DNA of 23,493 bases, taken from contig JBBIUB010000018.1 in the NCBI GenBank assembly GCA_037440465.1, positions 1-23,493 on the forward strand. The letters run 5' to 3'. The translations under genes were made by a program, and so were the position numbers. Under the pieces are notes generated by a model that was not told the DNA's origin, did no database searches, and saw only the letters and a program-made list of their open reading frames with translations. Below, one piece after another: positions 1 through 7,604 of the stretch. Origin of the DNA: Coprothermobacterota bacterium (lineage in GTDB: Bacteria > Coprothermobacterota > HKB111). The stretch's first letter is position 1, and the number at the start of each line of letters is the position of its first letter.

Positions 1-105
1 TTCTTGTAAAAAACCGAACTTCTCCTGGACTTTCTGTAAGATAGGGACTAACTCTTCTCTTTCCCCTTTGTATGATGATAGTATAGTATCAAGTTCTTCT
101 ATCAA
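1..105 (-). CDS. 5' end (partial) of a NuoE/HydC/HndA-like NAD(P)H oxidoreductase subunit E
   Basis: Not in the ORF track. Manual translation from TTG at 105 gives MIEELDTILSSYKGEREELVPILQKVQEKFGFLQE, matching the 'L.PILQ..Q..FG(Y/F)L' N-terminus of NuoE-family proteins. SD GGGAGG at 116-121. Runs off the window. Confidence 0.8.
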   Translation of the reverse strand, partial: MIEELDTILSSYKGEREELVPILQKVQEKFGFLQE

Positions 106-147
106 GTTATATTAACCTCCCTTATAATCAAGGCTTCTAATGGGGTA

Positions 148-156
148 ATTATAGCA
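148..156 (-). promoter_or_regulatory. Extended -10 promoter (TGCTATAAT) for the nuoE-like gene
   Basis: Reverse complement of attatagca is TG-C-TATAAT, about 27 nt upstream of the SD. Confidence 0.55.
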
Positions 157-188
157 GAATTCAGGAGTCAGAAGAAAGAAGTCAGGAG
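154..188. repeat. Degenerate 7-bp tandem repeat (about 5 units)
   Basis: gcagaat-tcaggag-tcagaag-aaagaag-tcaggag. Confidence 0.6.
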
Positions 189-195
189 AAATAAT

Positions 196-213
196 TAGGG
201 ACGCTTCTTAATT
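196..213 (+). repeat. Dispersed 18-bp motif, family B, copy 1 (TAGGGACgcTTCTTAATT)
   Basis: 16/18 identical to 23384-23401; both copies are intergenic. Confidence 0.6.
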
Positions 214-288
214 AATTAGGGAAAAATCATTTTTAATTAATTAATTAAAAAAGGATATGAATTTGCTGGTAGCAAAAAATTTACAGGG

Positions 289-297
289 TGTTATAAT
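289..297 (+). promoter_or_regulatory. Extended -10 promoter (TGTTATAAT) of rph, probably leaderless transcript
   Basis: TG-T-TATAAT ends at 297, ATG is at 304, no SD in between. Inverted repeat tttgct-ggt-agcaaa (262-276) overlaps the -35 region. Confidence 0.65.
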
Positions 298-303
298 TAA
301 CAC

Positions 304-1041
304 ATGCGTCAAGATGGAAGAGATTATTTAGAACCTAGACCCATTCATATAGTACCCGATTTTCTCAAGCACGGCGATGGCTCTGTCCTTATAGAAGTAG
401 GTGACACTAAAGTGATTTGTACTGCAACTATTGACAACAAGGTCCCGCCTTTTCTAAAAGGAGCTGGTCGAGGCTGGGTCACTGCGGAGTATGGTATGTT
501 ACCCCGTTCTACCTATGAAAGAACTATTAGAGAGACCTTCCGTCCATCAGGTAGGACCCAGGAGATTCAAAGATTCATCGGAAGAGCCTTAAGAGCGTCA
601 TTGGTTCTGGAATCAATCGGTGAATACACTATCATCATTGATTGCGATGTAATTCAGGCTGATGGCGGAACCCGCACGGCTTCTATCACCGGTGGTTATG
701 TGACTTTAGTTTCTGCCATCTTTAAAATGCGCCAACAAGGAATCATATCTATGGGTCAAGGACCTGGCTTTCTCCCTATAAAGGAGCCTGTAGCGGGGAT
801 CAGTGTGGGAATTCTGAAAGGGAAAAGGTTGGTAGATTTGAATAATATAGAAGATAACAGAGCCGAAGTTGATTTGAATCTTGTCATGACATCTTCTGGA
901 AAACTTGTGGAAGTGCAGGGGACCGGTGAGGAATCAACTTTTACAGTAGAGGATTTAAACGAGCTTATAAAAATAGGTTTCAACGGTTTGAAACGACACT
1001 TTAAGGCTCAGGAAGAAGCCATTAAATATCTTGGAATTTAA
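304..1041 (+). CDS. rph: Ribonuclease PH
   Basis: Motifs GWVTAEYGMLPRST, SGRTQEIQRFIGRALR, DCDVIQADGGTRTASITG, EVQGTGE; adjacent to rdgB as usual. Confidence 0.97.
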   Translation: MRQDGRDYLEPRPIHIVPDFLKHGDGSVLIEVGDTKVICTATIDNKVPPFLKGAGRGWVTAEYGMLPRSTYERTIRETFRPSGRTQEIQRFIGRALRASLVLESIGEYTIIIDCDVIQADGGTRTASITGGYVTLVSAIFKMRQQGIISMGQGPGFLPIKEPVAGISVGILKGKRLVDLNNIEDNRAEVDLNLVMTSSGKLVEVQGTGEESTFTVEDLNELIKIGFNGLKRHFKAQEEAIKYLGI

Positions 1042-1651
1042 TTGCTTTCTCATAGCCACCTCAAATCCCGGAAAGTTCAAAGAGGTAAAACTAATATTAC
1101 ATCGTCTTTTTTCAACCCAGTGCCTTGGGGCGAAAGTGGTATTTATGTCCTTGAAAGACATTTCTGTAACAAAGGAAGTGGAAGAAGATGGTCAAACTTA
1201 TGAGGAAAATGCTATTAAGAAAGCACTTGAAGCTTGTTTGAAATCCAGGCTTCCTTCTGTGGCTGATGATTCCGGACTGGAAGTGGATGTTCTGGGAGGA
1301 AGACCTGGTATTAATTCTCGTTATTATGGTGGTGAAATTTCTTTTAAGAAAAAAAGAGCTGTGCTCCTTAAGGAGTTAGAAGGCATTACAGTTGAAGAAA
1401 GAAAGGCGCGCTTTGTCTGTGTGGTTGCCCTGGCTTTGCCTGACGGAAGGCTTATAACTGCGAAGGGTGAGGTTTCGGGGTATATCACCAGTGAAGATAG
1501 AGGTGAGAAAGGCTTTGGTTACGACCCGGTGTTTTTATATCCACCTATGAATAAAACATTTGGGGAGATGGAAGAAGAAGAGAAAAATCTGGTCTCCCAC
1601 AGGGCTAAAGCCCTGGAAAGCCTAGTTCTTAAGCTACGACTCTTATCTTAG
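1031..1651 (+). CDS. rdgB: Non-canonical purine NTP pyrophosphatase (RdgB/HAM1)
   Basis: ATSNPGK, ENAIKKA, ADDSGLEVD, PGINS, GFGYDPVF, SHRAKA. Confidence 0.96.
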   Translation: MEFNCFLIATSNPGKFKEVKLILHRLFSTQCLGAKVVFMSLKDISVTKEVEEDGQTYEENAIKKALEACLKSRLPSVADDSGLEVDVLGGRPGINSRYYGGEISFKKKRAVLLKELEGITVEERKARFVCVVALALPDGRLITAKGEVSGYITSEDRGEKGFGYDPVFLYPPMNKTFGEMEEEEKNLVSHRAKALESLVLKLRLLS

Positions 1652-3092
1652 GTCCTTCATCGTCTCCATTGAGACCGTGGACCTCTGCTTTTAATTCTAA
1701 AAGTTTGAAGATGTAATCAATAACCTCCTGGCTGATTTTTTCTCCGTAAGAAACTACTGGAAGGCCTGGAGGATAGGGTATTACCATCTGAGCAGCCACT
1801 CTTCCTAAAGCAAAACAGAGCTTGACTACTTTGGAGGGCGATTCTATGGCGTCTTTGGGGGTAATAATCTGAGGTGGAAAGGGTGGCGGGGGTGGATAGG
1901 ATTTAACCTTACCACTTCTTTTATAGTTAAGGGCTAATTTTTCAAAGGCATCCTTAAGTTTTCTTAAGTTTTTTATATCATCCCCAGTAGTAATAAACAG
2001 AAGGACATTCTTATGGTCAGAAAGTTCTACTTCAACTCCAAGTTCTCTACCCAGAATCTTTTTTGCTTCGTAGCCGGTGAGACCTAGTCCCTCCACTTTT
2101 ACAGTAACTTTGGTAGGGTCTAAAGTGGAAACATTGGGGAAATTATCTATATTTATGTTTGTGTAGACCTCCAGGCCGGGGATTTTATTAAGCTCATATC
2201 TCAACCATTCAGCATTAGCGATGGCTCTGGAGAGAAGCTCTTTTCCTTCGGTAGCCATCTGCATTCTGGCGGCATCAAGGCTCATCATCAGGAGGCAGTT
2301 CGGGCTGGAAGATTCAAGAATTGTTAGGTAACTTTTCAAGAGGTGGATGTTCACTCTATCTCCCGTAATATGAAGTAAAGATGCCTGAGTGAGAGAACTT
2401 AGGGTCTTGTGAGTGCTATGAAGAACAAAGTCAGCATTGAACTTGATGGCTGAGGGGGGAAGACAGGGATGGAAGGGGAAATGGGCGCCATGAGCTTCAT
2501 CAAATAATACCGGTATATTGTGGTTGTGAGCAACTTTTATAAGCTCCCCTGTATGGGCAGTTATACCGTAATTGTTAGGAGAAGTTAAAACTACCCCCTT
2601 TACAAAAGGATTCTTCAGGAGTGCTTCTTCAAGTTGTGTAGGAGAGGCAAAGGTGGTAATGCCTGAATCTTCATCGTAGGAGGGTTGAAGATATACAGGG
2701 ACAATTCCACCTAATATGAGGGCGCCATAGATTGAGCGATGGGCGTTTCTTACAACCAGGACTTCCTCTCCTCTTTGAGCCATGGTTAATATGGCTGCCT
2801 GGTTACCAACTGTGGAGCCATTTATCAGGAAAAAGGTATGATCAACACCGTAAAGTTCAGCTGCCAGATCCTGAGCCTCTTTAAGGATTCCCGTGGGCTG
2901 GTGGAGATAATCCACTCCGTCTACTTCGGTTATGTCGTACTTGAAGACTTCATCCCCGAATATTTTTTTAAGGGCAGGACTCATGCCTCTTCCCTGTTTA
3001 TGTCCGGGCATGTGAAGGGGTATTCGTCCTTCCCTTATGTATTTAACTATCCCGTCAATATATGGGGTTTTAGCTTGCCCGTTTTCTGCCAT
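1629..3092 (-). CDS. PLP-dependent Orn/Lys/Arg decarboxylase (fold type I)
   Basis: HMPGHK, LINGST, DEAHGAH, PLP-lysine motif HSTHKTL, DPTK, PYPPG. Substrate cannot be assigned. Confidence 0.93.
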   Translation of the reverse strand: MAENGQAKTPYIDGIVKYIREGRIPLHMPGHKQGRGMSPALKKIFGDEVFKYDITEVDGVDYLHQPTGILKEAQDLAAELYGVDHTFFLINGSTVGNQAAILTMAQRGEEVLVVRNAHRSIYGALILGGIVPVYLQPSYDEDSGITTFASPTQLEEALLKNPFVKGVVLTSPNNYGITAHTGELIKVAHNHNIPVLFDEAHGAHFPFHPCLPPSAIKFNADFVLHSTHKTLSSLTQASLLHITGDRVNIHLLKSYLTILESSSPNCLLMMSLDAARMQMATEGKELLSRAIANAEWLRYELNKIPGLEVYTNINIDNFPNVSTLDPTKVTVKVEGLGLTGYEAKKILGRELGVEVELSDHKNVLLFITTGDDIKNLRKLKDAFEKLALNYKRSGKVKSYPPPPPFPPQIITPKDAIESPSKVVKLCFALGRVAAQMVIPYPPGLPVVSYGEKISQEVIDYIFKLLELKAEVHGLNGDDEGPKIRVVA

Positions 3093-3121
3093 AGCCTAAT
3101 AATATAACATAGTTACATTTT

Positions 3122-3586
3122 TCAATAACCCGATTTTTTACCTGTCATTCTCTCTATCCTAATCTTAATTACAGCAACCTTATCTATAGCACCTTCAGGA
3201 TATTCAAAGGGAGAGCTCGTTCCCGTGTATTTTTCCATGATTACATCCAGACCTTTCCTTTTCTCTTCAATGTCTTCAATGAGGTAAGCTTTACCAAAAC
3301 CTATGATGCTGTAATATTTAAATGACCAACTGCAGGGAGTATCTCCTTTAACTAACTCGTGGCCTGTGTCTATTTCAAAACATATATTGTTGTTATTTTT
3401 TATTATGTGTATTTTTCTTCCTTCTTTCGCACAATGAATGTAAAGGCAGTTGTCTCTGTATCCAAAGTTCACAGGAACGACATAAGGTATATCAACATCA
3501 CATAAACCAATTCTACATACCAGAGCTTCACTGAGAATAGACTCCATGAGAGCCCTGTCTGTTATTTCCTTATCCTTTCTCCTCAT
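3122..3586 (-). CDS. Pyridoxamine 5'-phosphate oxidase-like / NimA-family flavin-binding protein
   Basis: MRRKDKEI start, PYVVPVNFGY, YIHCAKEGRK, CFEID, YYSIIGFG, C-terminal TGK; SD AGGAG upstream. Confidence 0.9.
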   Translation of the reverse strand: MRRKDKEITDRALMESILSEALVCRIGLCDVDIPYVVPVNFGYRDNCLYIHCAKEGRKIHIIKNNNNICFEIDTGHELVKGDTPCSWSFKYYSIIGFGKAYLIEDIEEKRKGLDVIMEKYTGTSSPFEYPEGAIDKVAVIKIRIERMTGKKSGY

Positions 3587-3613
3587 CTATTTTGTCTCCT
3601 TAATTTATAAATT

Positions 3614-3637
3614 TGTCAAATGCGTAGACCTGACCCC
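3614..3637. repeat. Solo copy of the 24-bp RAYT-flanking repeat (TGTCAAATGCGTAGACCTGACCCC)
   Basis: Identical to 22298-22321 and exact reverse complement of 21284-21307. Confidence 0.95.
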
Positions 3638-3651
3638 ATTATCTGAACCCG

Positions 3652-5568
3652 TTATATCCCCAGCCCCTGTCTCCGTTCTTTAATGGCTCCTATAAGCTTT
3701 TCTGATGCTTTCAGCGGGTCAGTTTCTACAATAAAGTAACCACCTGTTAAGCCTTTTATCTTCTCGGTGAGTATCTCAGCTACCAAAGGCCCTCCAAGAA
3801 CGGGAGGCACAACCCCTACATGGGTAGGCAGTCCTGCAGCTACCGCCCAAGTGCCTATAGAGATAGCTTTCTCAGTGGTGGCTTCAGGAGCACTGGCTAC
3901 CACGGGAAGTTTATCCACATCTACACCCAGTTTATTGGCTACTGCTACTGCTACATCCACTGCTCGGGAATTATCTACACAGCTACCCATATGCAGGATT
4001 AAAGGTAGAGGTCCTCCCAGACCTACCGTTTCTCCCACTGCTGTTAGTACTGCTTTAAGGCCATCTCCAGCGTAATCCTTCGTAGCCTGCGGGGTTAGAA
4101 GGCCATGACGAGCGAAGGATCCTGCACCACAACCAGTGGCCAGAAGGAGAACATTATTTTTAGCCAGCTCCTTAGCTATAGTGATGAAAGCTGAATCTTG
4201 TGGTACCTTAGCATTATTACACCCTGCAAAAAGACAGACTCCCAGAATGTTTCCTGCCACGATGTTGTCAATGAGGGGTTTAAGTGGGTCTTCTGCATTA
4301 ACTTTTGACAATGCTCCCACAATGGTTTCAGTGGAGAAGCCAGCCATAAGTGTGCTCTCATAAGGCGGGATGTTAACTTTTCCCGGGTCACGCTTTTTGA
4401 AAGACTCAATAGCCGTACGAATAATCTCACTGCCTATCTCCTTTGCTTTTTCTTCATGAAATTCAATGTGAGTAGCGCCCGATATCTTAGCTATGGGCAT
4501 GGTGGTTATGAGTTTGGTGTGATAACAATCTACTAAATTAGCCAGTGAAGGCATAATACATTGATAGTCCACTACAATAGCATCCAGAGCCCCGGTCATT
4601 ATGGCAAGTTCCTGGGATACTGAGTGAGTGGCTGAAGGAATACCATGACGCATCAATACCTCATTACCAGTACAGCAGATACCTACGATGTTGAGTCCTT
4701 CCTCCGCTCCAGCATCTTTTGCTTCTCTTTCCAGCTCGTGAGCTACCTCCACGATGATGTTCGATAACACTGGATTATGTCCGTGAAGAGCAATGTTTAC
4801 TGCTTTCTCCTTTAGAACACCCAGATTAGCTTTACTAACTACAAGTTGAGGGGTACCAAAAAGGATATCGGCTAAATCAGTAGCCAGATGACAGCCTGCG
4901 TAGTCAGCCAGAGCACACTTAATTCCACCCAAAAGCAGGTTCACAGGGTCTGCGTCTACTCCATAAGAAGTGCGGTGCATGACCTCAGAGATAGCAGAAT
5001 CTATCCCGGTAGGCACTACCCCCAGGTTAACGAAGGCGTCTACTCTCCCTTTAGTAACCGTCCGGGCAGCCCAGTTTAAGGGTGTCTCCTTTTCTGAAAA
5101 TTCAGCCAGTGCCAGTTTAGCCAGATCGCCAGCGGTCTGATTTGTAGGCCTGTCTCTGGTTTCTATACTCATGCAATTCGCTACTGCCTTTAGTTTTGCT
5201 ACATCTTTGATGGTATAATCAAGTGTTTTACCTTCTACTGCTTTCAGGAGTGTGTGTGCCAGGTGCTTGGCATGACCTGAATGTGCAGCTGTTCCAGCAG
5301 CTATAGCCCGAATGAGGTTGCGAGCTACCATGGTGTCTGCAGTTGCCCCGCAGACTCCTTTAGTCGGTCCCTCCTTAAAGGGGTCAACCCTACAGGGTCC
5401 CTGCAAACAGATACGACAACAGGTGCCCAGTTCTCCAAATCCACACAGGGGTTGCTGGCTTTCCAGTCTGTCCCAGGCGGTTTCCATACCCTGCTTATCA
5501 GCTCTGGCAATGATGGCTTGAGAAGCAGGGTCAACACTTCTTTTAGCCCATTTTTCTTCTTTGTTCAT
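3652..5568 (-). CDS. cooS: Anaerobic Ni,Fe carbon monoxide dehydrogenase catalytic subunit
   Basis: D/B-cluster Cys (CGFGELGTCCRICLQGPC...GVCGA), HSGHAKH, C-cluster ligands HGHNP, ICCTGNE, DYQC, GCNN, TGC, GSCVDN and catalytic EKA all present. Start set at ATG 5568 behind SD GGAGG (5576-5580) rather than 5598. Confidence 0.97.
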   Translation of the reverse strand: MNKEEKWAKRSVDPASQAIIARADKQGMETAWDRLESQQPLCGFGELGTCCRICLQGPCRVDPFKEGPTKGVCGATADTMVARNLIRAIAAGTAAHSGHAKHLAHTLLKAVEGKTLDYTIKDVAKLKAVANCMSIETRDRPTNQTAGDLAKLALAEFSEKETPLNWAARTVTKGRVDAFVNLGVVPTGIDSAISEVMHRTSYGVDADPVNLLLGGIKCALADYAGCHLATDLADILFGTPQLVVSKANLGVLKEKAVNIALHGHNPVLSNIIVEVAHELEREAKDAGAEEGLNIVGICCTGNEVLMRHGIPSATHSVSQELAIMTGALDAIVVDYQCIMPSLANLVDCYHTKLITTMPIAKISGATHIEFHEEKAKEIGSEIIRTAIESFKKRDPGKVNIPPYESTLMAGFSTETIVGALSKVNAEDPLKPLIDNIVAGNILGVCLFAGCNNAKVPQDSAFITIAKELAKNNVLLLATGCGAGSFARHGLLTPQATKDYAGDGLKAVLTAVGETVGLGGPLPLILHMGSCVDNSRAVDVAVAVANKLGVDVDKLPVVASAPEATTEKAISIGTWAVAAGLPTHVGVVPPVLGGPLVAEILTEKIKGLTGGYFIVETDPLKASEKLIGAIKERRQGLGI

Positions 5569-5601
5569 TTTTTTGCCTCCATTTTTAAAACAAGCCACTC
5601 C

Positions 5602-6873
5602 TTAAACCGATGTACCGGTGAAGGCTTCGGTGGTGGGGGCTAATGGTTTTATAAAATTGGCATAGCTGAAAACTTTCTCTTCCAGTTTTTCTTTAAGCTT
5701 ACCAACTGGAATTTTCTGTCCTATCAAAGCAGTCAGCACTCCCGCTTTTTCAATTTCACCCATTAATATGGCGCCCACAACTGTATCTTCTTTAAGTACA
5801 ATTTTGCGGTAAACACCTTTTTCAGGGTGATAGTGGCTTAGAATCTGATAACCTTCTACAGGTGGAATTGTCAAACCCAGGGAAACCAGAGGTATCCCGA
5901 AGAGTTCAATGGCATTCATAGGCAGGATGGCACCAGCATAACTCCTCCTTTCCCCTACCATGTTGGAGCCGGCAATTCTTCCCTGAACTACCGCACTTGG
6001 CCAAAGGGCGCTCACGATGGATTGACCGATTATTAGGTCTATAACCTCAGCCACATCTCCTGCCGCGTAAACACCAGGTATAGAGGTTTTCAGGAACTCG
6101 TTAACCACCACACCAGTTTTTACCTCACCACCAGCAGTTTCCACCAGCTCTTTTCTGGGAAAGACCCCTTTGCCCACCACCACCAGTTGTGCTTTAAGCT
6201 CCCTACCATCCTCCAGAATTACTCTGGCAGAGTGACCATTACTACCTTCAATCCTTATAGCATCTTGATTGAAAGTAAGTTCCAGCCCTTTCTGAAGTAG
6301 GGCATTCTGGAGTATTCTGGCACCATCTATATCCAGCTGGCGGGATAGAAGATAAGGTGATTTAGCCACGAGATGGACATTTAATCCCCTCTTGTGGAGA
6401 GCTTCAGCTGATTTAAGCCCCACCAGACCTCCGCCCAAGACTACAGCAGTTTCTACCTCCCGGGAAATCCGGTATATGATTGACTTAGCATCTTTTAGGG
6501 TGCGAAGGGTAAAGGCGTACTCTATCCCTTTAATAGATGGTTGGATAGCTTCGGCACCGGTGGCTATCAACAGTCGGTCGTAGCGCACCCTTTCCCCATT
6601 TCTCAAAATCAGTTCATTGAGAGATGGATTCAGCGATACAACCTTTCTCCCAGATAGTAGCTCAATCCTGTTTTTTTCGTAGAAATCCCCTGGTCTGTAA
6701 AAAAGTTCTTCTTCTTTCAACTCACCTGAAATGAAGGCAGGTGTTAGAGGGCGAGAGTAAGCAGAATAGTTCTCATCTGTGATGATAATTATTGTGCCAG
6801 CATGGTCAAGATGTCGTATGGTTTCTGCTGCTGAAGATCCAGCTGCACTATTACCGATGATTACATAACGCAT
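5602..6873 (-). CDS. FAD-dependent NAD(P)H oxidoreductase (FNOR; NirB/rubredoxin reductase-like) of the CODH operon
   Basis: IIGNSAAG, YDRLLIATG, VLGGGLVG, VYAAGD. Start probably ATG 6873 after GGGGTGA; GTG 6882 is the alternative. Confidence 0.9.
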   Translation of the reverse strand: MRYVIIGNSAAGSSAAETIRHLDHAGTIIIITDENYSAYSRPLTPAFISGELKEEELFYRPGDFYEKNRIELLSGRKVVSLNPSLNELILRNGERVRYDRLLIATGAEAIQPSIKGIEYAFTLRTLKDAKSIIYRISREVETAVVLGGGLVGLKSAEALHKRGLNVHLVAKSPYLLSRQLDIDGARILQNALLQKGLELTFNQDAIRIEGSNGHSARVILEDGRELKAQLVVVGKGVFPRKELVETAGGEVKTGVVVNEFLKTSIPGVYAAGDVAEVIDLIIGQSIVSALWPSAVVQGRIAGSNMVGERRSYAGAILPMNAIELFGIPLVSLGLTIPPVEGYQILSHYHPEKGVYRKIVLKEDTVVGAILMGEIEKAGVLTALIGQKIPVGKLKEKLEEKVFSYANFIKPLAPTTEAFTGTSV

Positions 6874-6878
6874 GTTTA

Positions 6879-7385
6879 TCACCCCTTTAGAGCACCAGCG
6901 ATATTAGAAGCTGATTTATGTCGAAGATGTCGGGAAAATTCTTCTGCTTCCATAAAGACCAGGGCTTTCGTGGGGCAAGATTCCACACAGACAGGCGTAT
7001 CTCTATCAGGGCAGAGGTCACACTTTATAGCTATTCTGGGCTCTATCTGCCTTCCCACTACACCGTAGGGACAGACCATAAGGCACATCCAACAACCAAT
7101 ACATTTCTGAGTTCCTTCCACATTAGTTACCACATCTTCGCAAGTACGATGCATAGCCCCGGTGATGCAAGCATCTATGCAGGGTGCTTCGGTACAGTGT
7201 CGGCAGGTGATAGGTATTTTTCGTTCCTGTCCTGATTCCACATAAATTCTTTTTTTAGGAAGTGGGGTTTCGAAGATTGCTGTAAAAAGGGATTTTGATA
7301 TAGAATGCTCTACTGTGCAGGATAGCTCACAGGTCTTGCACCCTACACAGCGATCCAACAACACAAAGACCTCTTTCATACTCAT
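6879..7385 (-). CDS. cooF: CooF-like protein with four [4Fe-4S] motifs
   Basis: CVGCKTCELSC, CRHCTEAPCIDAC, CIGCWMCLMVCP, CDLC...CVESCP; SD AGGAGGT; first gene of the cooS operon. Confidence 0.9.
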   Translation of the reverse strand: MSMKEVFVLLDRCVGCKTCELSCTVEHSISKSLFTAIFETPLPKKRIYVESGQERKIPITCRHCTEAPCIDACITGAMHRTCEDVVTNVEGTQKCIGCWMCLMVCPYGVVGRQIEPRIAIKCDLCPDRDTPVCVESCPTKALVFMEAEEFSRHLRHKSASNIAGALKG

Positions 7386-7454
7386 TACCTCCTTATATTT
7401 TTGTTGGAGCGTAACTTCAGAGAGGTTGAGAGCTTTTACTACGATTGTTTGTTA

Positions 7455-7463
7455 ATTATAGCA
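7455..7463 (-). promoter_or_regulatory. Extended -10 promoter (TGCTATAAT) of the coo operon
   Basis: attatagca on + strand, about 70 nt upstream of cooF; no recognisable -35. Confidence 0.55.
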
Positions 7464-7604
7464 CTTCCACCACCCTACCCCCTTTCTAAATAGCCTCCCC
7501 CTTTGCTAAAGGGATGCTGACCTTGGAAGAAGAGCAAAACAAACTATGGAAAAATTATAATGATTTGTCCTGTTGGTGTATAATTAAATTCTGTAAAGGG
7601 CACG

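Noticed and set aside
3591..3619. TTGACA in the solo repeat as the promoter for the nimA-like gene
   Set aside because: No -10 at 16-18 nt; that position falls on the SD region, too close to the start codon.
3767..5643. Multiple short alternative-frame or antisense ORFs inside cooS (and similar ones inside other genes)
   Set aside because: They lie within well-supported genes, lack SDs and recognisable motifs, and are expected shadow ORFs.
7453..7463. Identical 11-mer taattatagca upstream of both the coo operon and the nuoE-like gene (146-156) as a shared redox operator, or Rex box ttgttaa
   Set aside because: Explained by the extended -10 consensus; the Rex-like half site has no matching second half.
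7478..7520. ccccctttctaaa / ccccctttgctaaaggg repeat-hairpin and agggatgct as a right-hand boundary repeat of the coo operon
   Set aside because: Stem is only 6 bp and the match to the family-B motif is only 8/9 nt; too weak to support without genome-wide statistics.
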